A stretch of 64,000 nt of DNA from a virus: the IMG/VR virus record IMGVR_UViG_3300029568_000166, positions 6,360 through 70,359 of that record; one strand, 5' to 3'. The position numbers were made by a program, and so were the translations under genes. The notes below the pieces were generated by a model that did no database searches, was not told the DNA's origin, and saw only the letters and a program-made list of their open reading frames with translations. Shown here piece by piece: positions 55,571 to 64,000 of this stretch. Positions within the stretch are counted from its first letter, which is position 1, and the number at the start of each line of letters is the position of its first letter.

Positions 55571-57766
55571 CTAGATAAGACAAGCGCCACCAGCACAACT
55601 GACCTCTTCAATGCCAGTTGTGTTATCCTCCGTTTCTGAGAGTTGTGTATAATCTACCTTTTGAAAACTATCTTTGAGATCACGGTAGGTTTTCCAGTTA
55701 TAGACATCTTTCATACAATAAGTCAATCTCTTTACATCTCCATCAAAATACTTACCAGCAAAATTCTTCATTCTGGTGGTAAAGTCCCTCTTCCCTGCTT
55801 CATCAGTATCCTTGGCCTGATTAAGAGTTACATAATCGCAAGCAGCCCATAGGTTCTTGTTGAAGTTTTGCAGAGCGAGTTCGATAAGTCCTGAGCACCA
55901 TAGACTAGCATCTCCATATTCTTTGACTATTTCTCTGCTTGTATAAACAGTTGTAAAAGGAGCCTGTGGATAATCCTTGTCTCCACTCTGAGGGATCAAA
56001 CTGATACCTGCATAATACTTTCTGTTCTTGTAAATAAATTTTGTTACATCATCCCATTCGTCTGGTTTTACAGTAACCGTATTTGAAACGTTATGCGATA
56101 AGTAACTTTGTGTACATAGTTTATCGTTCTTTCCGTTATTTACCCAGTTCATTTGAGTCTGTTTTACAACATCAAGCATTTCTACCGCCGGAAGTTGATT
56201 CTTTAGTTTAGACCCATCTGGTACTTCAATCGGAAACTTGATAACTTCGTCAGTGTCGTTTGCCGACCAAGAAGATTTCTCGCAAGCCTGTGGATTATAA
56301 CTTCTAAAGTATTGGTATGGCGCTTCAAGAACATTAGCCTGAACATGACGAATGTATCTCTTGGCATGGTGCGGATGAATGCCGCTACTTGTGCCAAGCA
56401 TACTGCTGCTTGTTCCTTCTGGCTTTAGGCAAGTCACTCTTGCTGCTTGATTAATGCCAATCTTTTGTGCAATTTCTTCGTTTGTTTTTACGGCAATTTT
56501 TGCTCCGTTTCTTAGCGTTTTTTCTGAAAGCACAAGATCAGGCTTTTCCATAATTCCTGTAAGACTAACACCCAATAGGGCTTCTCGTTGGAAGATTTTT
56601 TCACTTGTTTCTCCTAGATATTTCAAGGTAGTGAAACCAGCTTGTAGTGTGCCGATAATAGCAGCAGCACGACATCTTTCATAAAAATCTGCTTCGTCTA
56701 CGATAGATGAGCAGTTGATCGTACTTAAATTACATCCTTGCCAACCACTTTCTCCTGTTAGTTCATCTACAGGCCACATGCCGATCTCAACACAAGGATT
56801 AAAAATCATATCCTTATCATCGCTCCAAATAAACCCAGGCTCACCGAACTCCTTAACGCTCTGCATCAGAGTTTCAAACTGTTCAAAAGTTGTCTCGTTC
56901 TTTAGCAATAGAGCAGAGTTGTTGCTTCGCGCTCTTTGTGGATTATCAATAAACCAGTTGCCTGTTTTGGCCTTAGCCATTTCTTCGTCTTCTGGGCTAA
57001 ATAGTGCTAGAGAGGCAGAGCGCCTGACACCACCAGACAATACAGCGTCACTACTGTGCATAACGATATCATAAGCATCCACCGGCCTGAGCTTTCTCTT
57101 GCCATCACTGATACACCTTTCTAATAGAGAGCGAATTTTTTCTAGACCATTCTTGAGAGGCTCAAAACCAGGGGCTTTGCCAACACCAGAACCAAGAGGT
57201 TCACCTTTCTTTCTGATCTGACTATAATCAAAATCAACATTAGCCCCAACATACTTTTCAAATTTTGGGTCTGATGCTACGCTAAAATAAGAACTAACTA
57301 ATACGCCAAGGCTATCTGCCCAACCTTCAATGCTATCTTCAATAACATAGGTTACAGGACGACCTTTCTTTGCTACTTGTCGCAATTCTGGCAATTTTGC
57401 AACATGATGCTCTTGTACGCTAAACCCTGTTCCGCTACCGCAAAGCAATAGCCAGAAACATTCTTGGAAAAAGCGTAGACGATCACAGTATGAACTTGTG
57501 CAGTTGTAGATCTTGGCGTGTGTTTTGAGAATTGGATCACCGCCGAATTGAAGTGCTCTTTGGCTTCCTAAGACTTTCTTACGATACATTATGTCGTAAG
57601 CCCAATCAATTTCCTCAGAGATGTTGTTGTCCTTATACTTCGTGTGCATCATGTTCCTAACCCGATCAACCGCTTCCTTCCAAGTCTCTCGCCGCTCCTT
57701 ATCCTGAATCCACCGAGCGTATTTACTGACAAAAGTATAGTTCTGAAGTTCGTTGAGGGCCGACAT
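55571..57766 (-). CDS. nrdJ: Class II (B12-dependent, monomeric RTPR-type) ribonucleotide reductase
   Basis: SGGVRRSA, NPCVEI, GCNLS, CLKPEGTSS, C-terminal CAGGAC. Confidence 0.92.
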   Translation of the reverse strand: MSALNELQNYTFVSKYARWIQDKERRETWKEAVDRVRNMMHTKYKDNNISEEIDWAYDIMYRKKVLGSQRALQFGGDPILKTHAKIYNCTSSYCDRLRFFQECFWLLLCGSGTGFSVQEHHVAKLPELRQVAKKGRPVTYVIEDSIEGWADSLGVLVSSYFSVASDPKFEKYVGANVDFDYSQIRKKGEPLGSGVGKAPGFEPLKNGLEKIRSLLERCISDGKRKLRPVDAYDIVMHSSDAVLSGGVRRSASLALFSPEDEEMAKAKTGNWFIDNPQRARSNNSALLLKNETTFEQFETLMQSVKEFGEPGFIWSDDKDMIFNPCVEIGMWPVDELTGESGWQGCNLSTINCSSIVDEADFYERCRAAAIIGTLQAGFTTLKYLGETSEKIFQREALLGVSLTGIMEKPDLVLSEKTLRNGAKIAVKTNEEIAQKIGINQAARVTCLKPEGTSSSMLGTSSGIHPHHAKRYIRHVQANVLEAPYQYFRSYNPQACEKSSWSANDTDEVIKFPIEVPDGSKLKNQLPAVEMLDVVKQTQMNWVNNGKNDKLCTQSYLSHNVSNTVTVKPDEWDDVTKFIYKNRKYYAGISLIPQSGDKDYPQAPFTTVYTSREIVKEYGDASLWCSGLIELALQNFNKNLWAACDYVTLNQAKDTDEAGKRDFTTRMKNFAGKYFDGDVKRLTYCMKDVYNWKTYRDLKDSFQKVDYTQLSETEDNTTGIEEVSCAGGACLI

Positions 57767-57842
57767 AAAATCTCCTATTTTAACTTATCTTTGTGGACAA
57801 CTAATAATACACCTTGAGCGACTCTCTATAGTAGGTTACTCC

Positions 57843-57879
57843 AAAAAAAAAGCAAGCCCCTCCGAGCGGAAAGGCTTGC
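57843..57879 (-). terminator. Intrinsic terminator
   Basis: - strand GCAAGCCTTTCCG-CT-CGGAGGGGCTTGC followed by T9. Confidence 0.85.
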
Positions 57880-57900
57880 CTATTTTGAAAAGAAAAAAGT

Positions 57901-58149
57901 TTATGAATCACTCAGCTTATTGTATATAACCAAAGTTAAACAAGCGCCTGCGACACCCATAAACAAACCTGAAGGTGAAACAGCGTCGTATTCACCCAAC
58001 AGATAGAGAATAGCACCACCCATATAGGAGCCCACTACTCCTAATACTACCGTTTTAACAAAGCCGAAATTCTCTTCGCCAGGAATAATGCTCTTGGCGA
58101 TACTTCCGACAAAAATACCATAAACCATCCAAATTAAAATACTAAACAT
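57901..58149 (-). CDS. GlsB/YeaQ/YmgE (transglycosylase-associated) membrane protein
   Basis: WMVYGIFVGSIAKSIIPG...TVVLGVVGSYMGG; three hydrophobic segments. Confidence 0.85.
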   Translation of the reverse strand: MFSILIWMVYGIFVGSIAKSIIPGEENFGFVKTVVLGVVGSYMGGAILYLLGEYDAVSPSGLFMGVAGACLTLVIYNKLSDS

Positions 58150-58540
58150 TTTTATACTCCAGAAGTGCTAAAACCTGTTCTTCCTTGATGTTTTGTCCTA
58201 ATTCCGTTAGAGTTTTAAATAGGGGTTCTCCATAAATTTTATTCTGATCACGGGTTAAGTTTTGTCTAATCAATCTTTTAACTCTGTGTTTTTGGATCAG
58301 TTTCAAATTATTCGAATTAGTTTTTATCTCGTTGTGTATAAATCTAACTTTTTCTTCATGACTAAGACTACTTAGCTTATTTTTTCTGCATTCCTGTATA
58401 ATTCTGATGACTCCTATCATAATAGAAATCAGCATTAGAATTGTAATAGGGTCTATTCCGAAACGTTCTTCTTCTTTAATCCTACCCATAGTTCTGTCAC
58501 GAACTATTTCTGCTGTATTTACTATAATTTGACTGGACAT
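58142..58540 (-). CDS. Hypothetical membrane-anchored protein (132 aa)
   Basis: AAGGA RBS before ATG 58540; IDPITILMLISIMIGVI hydrophobic segment. Confidence 0.65.
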   Translation of the reverse strand: MSSQIIVNTAEIVRDRTMGRIKEEERFGIDPITILMLISIMIGVIRIIQECRKNKLSSLSHEEKVRFIHNEIKTNSNNLKLIQKHRVKRLIRQNLTRDQNKIYGEPLFKTLTELGQNIKEEQVLALLEYKNV

Positions 58541-58542
58541 AA

Positions 58543-58869
58543 CTATTTCCTTAAATAAAAGTTCTTGATTGGGACGAGAGGCTGGTCGTCTTGAAATGTG
58601 TCTTCTGGTTCTGGTGCTGGTTCGCTCTTGTCTGGAACACAATAACCACAATCCACCCTCTCAATATTATCACCACTTATATACCATCCTTTACCTTCAC
58701 ATACTGGACAATCCTTCCTTGGGTATTTTTCGTCTGGAGGCACATCGTGCCTTGCTCTAATTACTCCACCAATTAAACTTACAGCAGCAGTAGAAACAGG
58801 CTGAAAATCACCCATAATAATTGCTCCCATGAAAGAGGCTAGAATAAACGCACTAGTTATTGTCTTCAT
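58543..58869 (-). CDS. Hypothetical protein (108 aa), N-terminal signal/TM plus DnaJ-like CxxCxGxG motif
   Basis: Hydrophobic N-terminus; CPVCEGKG...CGYC. Confidence 0.65.
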   Translation of the reverse strand: MKTITSAFILASFMGAIIMGDFQPVSTAAVSLIGGVIRARHDVPPDEKYPRKDCPVCEGKGWYISGDNIERVDCGYCVPDKSEPAPEPEDTFQDDQPLVPIKNFYLRK

Positions 58870-59029
58870 TGTTTTTCTTCTTTCTTCTCCAAGGGAAAAT
58901 CGGTGTTCTGTCTGGTTTTACTTCTACTGTCACATCTTTATCTGGTTGTATAATCTCTATGAGTTTTAGTATAAAGTCAGAGATAATTTTAATCAATCTA
59001 TTTAGTGCGATCTTATCTAAAAACTTCAT
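58853..59029 (-). CDS. Small protein (58 aa) missing from ORF track
   Basis: MKFLDKIALNRLIKIISDFILKLIEIIQPD...PWRRKKKNNEDNN*; GAGG RBS; fills the gap between the peptidase and the 108-aa gene. Confidence 0.65.
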   Translation of the reverse strand: MKFLDKIALNRLIKIISDFILKLIEIIQPDKDVTVEVKPDRTPIFPWRRKKKNNEDNN

Positions 59030-59038
59030 GCTTCACCT

Positions 59039-59968
59039 CTATAGATAATCCACAAAACCAATGTCTGGAAGTTTCTGTGGTTTAAACCCATTGAAATTGC
59101 TAAAGGCATACGCTCCGTTGCCGCTAATCATTCCTGCTGCATCACTTTCTCTGATCCAGAAACTACCCTCAGGTTGATCGTGAACTTTAGGTCCACTATT
59201 CCATAATCCCCAACTATTTTGAACCAAGAACAAAGTTTCATTATGACGATCATGAGTATCATCAACAGCAATCCAAGCCATTGCATGAGCCCATGATCCA
59301 CTCCTTCTTGCTATGCCCTTGCTGTCTCTTTTACTGCTAAATCCATAGCCAGAACATACACTCAAACCATAACCATTAGCAATAGCATCACGAGCTTCTT
59401 CTACTGAACGAATTAACGACACTGTTCGGACCTGATGATCATTAGCAAGATCAATAACTTTATCTGGAAGACCTCTTGCTCCCCAACTTGCACCAAGACT
59501 GCCGTTATACTTGCTAAAGTTGGCAACTCCAGGATAATCCTTTCTCAGAATAACCCCACCTGTTTTACTAACAAATGTTGCTGCTCGGCTACAACTCATA
59601 CCTTGCATGCCATGACCACGAGCACCATAGATTGCTTCAGTAGCACTTCTCGCGTGCCATCCTTCACGTTCACCTTTTACATCAATTTCTACGGCTCTCG
59701 TTAAATCTACAGCATTCCGAGTTGAGTGAGCAACACAATCCCCTGTAGTTTGTCGTTCGGTATATGCTTTAGGGTCAAACTTCAGCACGCTCTTAAATGG
59801 CAAGCATAATTTACCCTTACCACTATCTTTGATCCTACCAGCACCATCGCTAAAGTAGCCGTATCTTGAAGAGGACATTAGTTCCTCAAAAATATGCTCT
59901 TCCCAGATAGCGCCCTGAAGACCTTTCTTATACTCATTTAGTAGATCAGCTGGTTTGTATGCTGGCAT
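59039..59968 (-). CDS. Papain-like (C1 family) cysteine peptidase (309 aa)
   Basis: QTTGDCVAH (oxyanion Q, catalytic C), WAHAM (His), VQNSWG (Asn). Start at 59968 by TAATG coupling. Confidence 0.85.
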   Translation of the reverse strand: MPAYKPADLLNEYKKGLQGAIWEEHIFEELMSSSRYGYFSDGAGRIKDSGKGKLCLPFKSVLKFDPKAYTERQTTGDCVAHSTRNAVDLTRAVEIDVKGEREGWHARSATEAIYGARGHGMQGMSCSRAATFVSKTGGVILRKDYPGVANFSKYNGSLGASWGARGLPDKVIDLANDHQVRTVSLIRSVEEARDAIANGYGLSVCSGYGFSSKRDSKGIARRSGSWAHAMAWIAVDDTHDRHNETLFLVQNSWGLWNSGPKVHDQPEGSFWIRESDAAGMISGNGAYAFSNFNGFKPQKLPDIGFVDYL

Positions 59969-60468
59969 TATTTTGCTCCTTCTTGACATCCCCAAGCGAG
60001 TGCCTCAAACGCTGCTACGGCAGATTCTCTCGTTTCCCCATTTAAAACTGCTACATCGTCGCCCACAGCTTTAACCACAAGCTCTCTAGCAGCCACAGCA
60101 AGCCCAGGATAGTCTCCTTTGAGCTTTAGATTCATCATTTGTCCAGCAACACTATTTACTTCTCTGATTTCGCTGGTGGTTCTAACTACCTCGTCTGCTC
60201 CTTCTAGGCTAATAAGCTTAGCGATATCAGCATAAAGAGCAGCAAGTTGTGGAGCGTCAACTTTAGCGTCTTCTCCAGATTGTAGTGCTTTTGCGACTTC
60301 TAGTGCAGAAGCGAGGAGTTCTGGATCTGTTGGTTCAGCAATAGGATCTACCGATGGAACTGTCACTGGTGTGCCTCCTCCGAGTTTGAATAGGCTTGTT
60401 AGGTCGGGCTTTAAAATACCAATAGCAATAAGTGCTGCTCCGACCATTAGGAATGCTTTATTGTTCAT
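59968..60468 (-). CDS. Signal-anchored hypothetical protein (166 aa)
   Basis: MNNKAFLMVGAALIAIGIL hydrophobic N-terminus, Pro-rich linker, helical domain. Confidence 0.7.
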   Translation of the reverse strand: MNNKAFLMVGAALIAIGILKPDLTSLFKLGGGTPVTVPSVDPIAEPTDPELLASALEVAKALQSGEDAKVDAPQLAALYADIAKLISLEGADEVVRTTSEIREVNSVAGQMMNLKLKGDYPGLAVAARELVVKAVGDDVAVLNGETRESAVAAFEALAWGCQEGAK

Positions 60469-60857
60469 TTTTTATCTCCGCATACTGTTGGGGCTAGATA
60501 TTGGAAAGTATCATCTAGAGACTTTACTGCTTCTTCGCATTTATACTGTTCTGCTAGATCTCTTGTTCTTTTCCATGCTGCTACCATCTCAAAAAACACA
60601 TCATTATCAGACTTGTCTTCTGGCTTAACAACATTAGGAACAAATACTTCTGGACGAACTAATGGAGCAGGAGCAGGAGCAGGTTTACTCTTAAGCATTT
60701 CCTTTACTTGATCAAATAGATCCAACAACATTTTCTGAACAGGAGATAGCTTGTCCTTAAATAGAACAAAAAGAACAACTCCGATTCCTGCATAAAGAGC
60801 CAGATCCGTTGGCCCAAGAGATGAACTAAATTCTTCAAAACTTTGTGTGTAATTCAT
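60465..60857 (-). CDS. Hypothetical membrane protein (130 aa)
   Basis: LALYAGIGVVLFVLF TM segment; Pro-rich linker. Confidence 0.7.
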   Translation of the reverse strand: MNYTQSFEEFSSSLGPTDLALYAGIGVVLFVLFKDKLSPVQKMLLDLFDQVKEMLKSKPAPAPAPLVRPEVFVPNVVKPEDKSDNDVFFEMVAAWKRTRDLAEQYKCEEAVKSLDDTFQYLAPTVCGDKK

Positions 60858-61240
60858 TATACTGCCTCTTTAGGTTGGAAAATTCCTGTATTTCTAAATA
60901 CTGCTACCATACTATCTATAGTTGAACTTACCAGAATCATCAAAAAAGCCTTGACATACTTGTGGATCATAGGTTCAACAAGATTTGGGATTACTGGAAT
61001 GTCAACTACTAGAAAAACTTTGTCATAAAAATCGCTCAAAAGCTTCATAGCCAGAGCCTTTTTGTCTGGACTACTCAAATCATTCCCAACAGCCTCAATA
61101 ATTTGAATCACAGTTGCTGTAGCAAGCTGTAAAACTTTCCAAGCTTCTGCTATTGCGACTCTTTTGAGTCCAGATAAACTCTCCTTAACTGTCTGTGTCA
61201 GCTTCTCCACTTCAGCTGAGATCAATTCTGTGCTCGTCAT
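60857..61240 (-). CDS. Hypothetical protein (127 aa)
   Basis: Helical ORF coupled within the cluster. Confidence 0.65.
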   Translation of the reverse strand: MTSTELISAEVEKLTQTVKESLSGLKRVAIAEAWKVLQLATATVIQIIEAVGNDLSSPDKKALAMKLLSDFYDKVFLVVDIPVIPNLVEPMIHKYVKAFLMILVSSTIDSMVAVFRNTGIFQPKEAV

Positions 61241-61532
61241 CTTGTTCTTCTTTCTCTCGTTTTGCGAGTTCTAGTTCTACTTGTTTTGAAATTTCTTTTG
61301 CTATCGCCAAGTCTGTTAAAGCTTTCTTTTGTTCGTTTCTACTCTTTAGATATTTATATAGTACGACAGCTTGACCAGAAAGCAAGAAAACACTCTCAAC
61401 TCCGTGAGAAATATCACTAATGAGTTCTTCTTTTTGATCAAAATCTTTTATAAACCCTAAAATAAAAAGTCCACTAAATACGAAACTAACTACTGTGAAC
61501 CAAAATTCGCTAGTTTGATAATTTTTTTTCAT
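61212..61532 (-). CDS. Holin-like small membrane protein (106 aa)
   Basis: YQTSEFWFTVVSFVFSGLFILG plus a second hydrophobic segment and a charged C-terminus. Confidence 0.5.
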   Translation of the reverse strand: MKKNYQTSEFWFTVVSFVFSGLFILGFIKDFDQKEELISDISHGVESVFLLSGQAVVLYKYLKSRNEQKKALTDLAIAKEISKQVELELAKREKEEQDDEHRIDLS

Positions 61533-61756
61533 GCTCCACCACCATCCAAGAAGGATTGATTGTAAAATCTGTTATCATATTTCGTGGCGAAGTCGGCAAT
61601 AATGGTAGCTGTATCTACCGTTGGATCTGGTAGTTGATAACCAAATTCCTGTGTGTTTTTATCTACAGATGTTCTTGTTTGAGTTTTAGGAAGCTGGACT
61701 ACTGATAGATTGTTATTTATAGGTTGTCCTGCTTTTGCTAGTTCTATTACTGCCAT
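61529..61756 (-). CDS. Hypothetical protein (75 aa)
   Basis: ORF coupled to neighbours. Confidence 0.6.
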   Translation of the reverse strand: MAVIELAKAGQPINNNLSVVQLPKTQTRTSVDKNTQEFGYQLPDPTVDTATIIADFATKYDNRFYNQSFLDGGGA

Positions 61757-61758
61757 GA

Positions 61759-62097
61759 TTAATCCTTTCTGTCCATTCTGGATTCTAATGCTTCTAGTGT
61801 TGTTCCCAACATAGCAATTTGTATTTTTAGATCTGTCATAACTTCACTGTTATGCTTTAGTGCTAATGAAAGTTCTTTTTGTATTTCTTTGTTTGCGGCA
61901 AGGCGCTCCATGATGTATTGTCTATCTTGAGCATAAGGACTGCGAGTTTCAATCATTTCACAAACTTCTGCTTTGGTTACTAGTCTTCTAATGACACCAA
62001 ACCAAAAAGCGATCATAGTTACAACTAAAGTGAAAGCTGTATTAGCTATGTGCTGCCAGAAATTTTCATACATCTCCATTTGATGCGCCTTTCTCAA
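61759..62097 (-). CDS. Single-TM plus coiled-coil membrane protein (about 105-112 aa)
   Basis: IANTAFTLVVTMIAFWFGVI TM then heptad-like tail; the true start may be a downstream Met. Confidence 0.65.
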   Translation of the reverse strand: MRKAHQMEMYENFWQHIANTAFTLVVTMIAFWFGVIRRLVTKAEVCEMIETRSPYAQDRQYIMERLAANKEIQKELSLALKHNSEVMTDLKIQIAMLGTTLEALESRMDRKD

Positions 62098-62137
62098 AAT
62101 AAAAGGCCATTGTCCTCAAAACAGCCAATGACCCTTT
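62094..62137 (-). terminator. Possible intrinsic terminator
   Basis: - strand AAAGGGTCATTG...CAATGGCCTTTT followed by ATTTT; the loop is long (13 nt). Confidence 0.45.
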
Positions 62138-62180
62138 AAAGTGTGTGTTATGTTTTGTTCATATTCTAACAGTTATTTTT

Positions 62181-62750
62181 TTACCATTGAGTGCTAGCTT
62201 TGTATTGATCGAGTGTTGGCTGACCACCAACAACGTATCTGAGACTTGCTGGTGAAGCAGGTGTGTCGTCAACAGTTTTATCTGCATCAGCAATGTCTGT
62301 TACTGTTCCAGCGGCAGCGATACTATACCAAGGATCGTCCACAACTGCTGGTGCAGGCGTGATTGCTCCAGTAAAGAGATTTAGCTGTCCGTTTCTGATT
62401 GCTGTAGTAAGTTGTCTGGTACGAACCTTGTTGCGAGGATGCTTGGCATTAATCCATGCCGAAGGATCTTGTGTTGTTTTGAGAGCAGGGCTCAGTATGC
62501 CTCCCAACTCTTCTGTTACCTTAAAACCAATAGGTCTTTGATGGTTATGAGAAAATGTACCACCACCAATAGCCTTTTGTGTTTTGCTAAGACCTTCAAC
62601 AACAGTAGAACCAAAAACACCAACAGGAGGCTCTGATACAGGATTACTGTTGAGCTGTGTGTTAGAAGAGCCGTTAGCCTTCATGCTGCCATGATTATTA
62701 TTGGTAGATGTAGCGGTTGTGGGAGAACCGTTTACTTGTGCTGTTGCCAT
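62181..62750 (-). CDS. Hypothetical protein (189 aa), Thr/Ser/Gly/Asn-rich, possibly structural
   Basis: AAGGA RBS before ATG 62750; upstream GGTGTAT motif. Confidence 0.65.
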   Translation of the reverse strand: MATAQVNGSPTTATSTNNNHGSMKANGSSNTQLNSNPVSEPPVGVFGSTVVEGLSKTQKAIGGGTFSHNHQRPIGFKVTEELGGILSPALKTTQDPSAWINAKHPRNKVRTRQLTTAIRNGQLNLFTGAITPAPAVVDDPWYSIAAAGTVTDIADADKTVDDTPASPASLRYVVGGQPTLDQYKASTQW

Positions 62751-62802
62751 TGTATTATTCCTTGTTTTGTGTGGTTTGGGTCTAAAAAAAAGATACACCG
62801 CA

Positions 62803-63456
62803 TCAAGAGTTTTTACTAAGAAAATTGATGTATTTCTTTAAGCATTCGGTGTTAAAGGCCCTAAAACCGAAAACGCCCGACTTGTTCAGTATAGAAAAAT
62901 GATGTTCCGTCCAAGCATTCCCAGTGGCTATAACGTTTATTTCTTTAGAGTTTTCATGCAGAAAAGAGGAGGCGATCAGGTTATCTGCTAAATTATCAAT
63001 AAAAAACCCAGTAGAAGGAGTAGCGAAAGGAATTAGGTTATCATCAAAAATTTCACAAATTTTCTTTAGGCATCTGTGATCAAAGGTTCTATATTCTAAA
63101 ACATATTTTATTGATATATCTTTTCCTGCTGCATTTTTTATGGCCTGTATATCGTCTCTAATTTTATCATATTTTCTATTTGCTGCTAGATTTTGGGGCA
63201 TAGCGATGTCAATGGAGTTTGCTCCAGCCGCTACGGCTTGCTCAACAGCAAATGTCCTGGTTTGTAGATCAGAGATACCCATAGGAAAATCAATCAAACA
63301 ACTCTTATGTATGTTTTTCTTTATGGGTTTTAGGTATTTGAGAAGATGGAAAGGCACTGTTATACCATCAACCTTATAGTTCATGGCTTCTGCGATCTTT
63401 TGTTTAGCTTCTTTGTCAGTGATGTCAGTGTCAATGATGGCAAAATCAACATACAT
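62803..63456 (-). CDS. DeoC-like TIM-barrel protein, catalytic lysines apparently missing
   Basis: IDFPMG, GANSIDIAM, KYVLE, ATPSTGF align with DeoC blocks (VGFPLG, GADEIDMV, KVIIE, FVKTSTGF). Confidence 0.7.
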   Translation of the reverse strand: MYVDFAIIDTDITDKEAKQKIAEAMNYKVDGITVPFHLLKYLKPIKKNIHKSCLIDFPMGISDLQTRTFAVEQAVAAGANSIDIAMPQNLAANRKYDKIRDDIQAIKNAAGKDISIKYVLEYRTFDHRCLKKICEIFDDNLIPFATPSTGFFIDNLADNLIASSFLHENSKEINVIATGNAWTEHHFSILNKSGVFGFRAFNTECLKKYINFLSKNS

Positions 63457-63468
63457 ATGGTACTCTTA

Positions 63469-64000
63469 TTAATTTACTAAGGTGTCTAAATCAGGATACT
63501 TTCTACTTCCTAATACACCGTCAGCAAACCCATAAGCCACTGTTTCATCGGGAGTTAGATACCAATCTCCTTCTCTAAGCTTTTTTTGTAAGAACTTTTT
63601 CGTTTGATCTAGAGTATAATCTTTTTCTTTGAAATAAGATCCCTTGACACACCTCTGAGCATAAATATCTATCATAATAGGTGTAATATGTTTCTTCTCA
63701 AACTCTTTCCAGTTATTGACATTCTGATATTCTCCACCATAATAACCACTACCATAATGAACCATAAAATAAGAACGAGGCATCATTAGCCTTGTTTCAG
63801 CGGCCTGAAGGATAATACTACTACAACTTTCAGCCTGAGCATAAGCAACCATTATCACTTTGGACTTACACGTTTTGACTGCATCAAACATTGCCATACA
63901 GTCATTCCATTCTCCACCAATACTATAAAGGTGAACAAGAATATCTTTATTAGAGGATAGTTCAAAAGCACGAAGATTTTTTATGAAGTTGTTTGCTGTT
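63469..64000 (-). CDS. clpP: ClpP-like protease (5' end beyond window)
   Basis: Frame is open to the window edge (…DILVHLYSIGGEWNDCMAMFDAV). AESCSS (Ser), FMVH (His) and GDWYLTPDE (Asp) give an intact triad. Confidence 0.85.
   Translation of the reverse strand, partial: TANNFIKNLRAFELSSNKDILVHLYSIGGEWNDCMAMFDAVKTCKSKVIMVAYAQAESCSSIILQAAETRLMMPRSYFMVHYGSGYYGGEYQNVNNWKEFEKKHITPIMIDIYAQRCVKGSYFKEKDYTLDQTKKFLQKKLREGDWYLTPDETVAYGFADGVLGSRKYPDLDTLVN

Noticed and set aside
25307-62798. Longest-ORF starts in the track (25307, 28830, 30460, 36508, 41844, 51442, 53267, 58651, 59995, 62798)
   Set aside because: Downstream ATGs have better RBSs or stop/start coupling and avoid long overlaps, so the starts were reassigned.
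1-64000. Prophage in a bacterial chromosome, tRNA/rRNA genes, CRISPR array
   Set aside because: No integrase, att site, host housekeeping operon, cloverleaf or regular repeat-spacer pattern was recognised by eye. A tRNAscan/CRISPR finder run would be needed to exclude them fully.

Overview
A 64 kb AT-rich, gene-dense segment of a large tailed dsDNA phage genome (Caudoviricetes-like). No integrase, att site, rRNA, tRNA or CRISPR array was seen. The host is probably a planctomycete, inferred from DUF1559 and DUF1501 genes. Positions 1-25846 (+ strand) are a tail module: a 3177-aa tape measure protein with apparent cargo domains, two paralogous ~650-aa proteins, a 1628-aa protein and a 2279-aa Cys-rich protein. 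Positions 25841-64000 (- strand) hold, in coordinate order: a glycosyltransferase/sulfotransferase cluster; ssb; a family-C DNA polymerase (DnaE) split over three genes; ThyX, DUF1559, DUF1501 and a DEDDh exonuclease; a replication/recombination block (PD-(D/E)xK nuclease, dNMP kinase, primase, DnaB, RecA); HNH, PhoH and class II RNR; a membrane-protein cluster with a papain-like peptidase; a degenerate DeoC-like gene; and ClpP. The two downstream DnaE pieces carry a gp41-1-like split intein, with a free-standing Vsr/DUF559 endonuclease gene between the halves. Several sigma70-type promoters and intrinsic terminators are visible, plus a candidate phage-specific GTGTAT promoter motif. All family calls come from motif recognition by eye; no database search was run.
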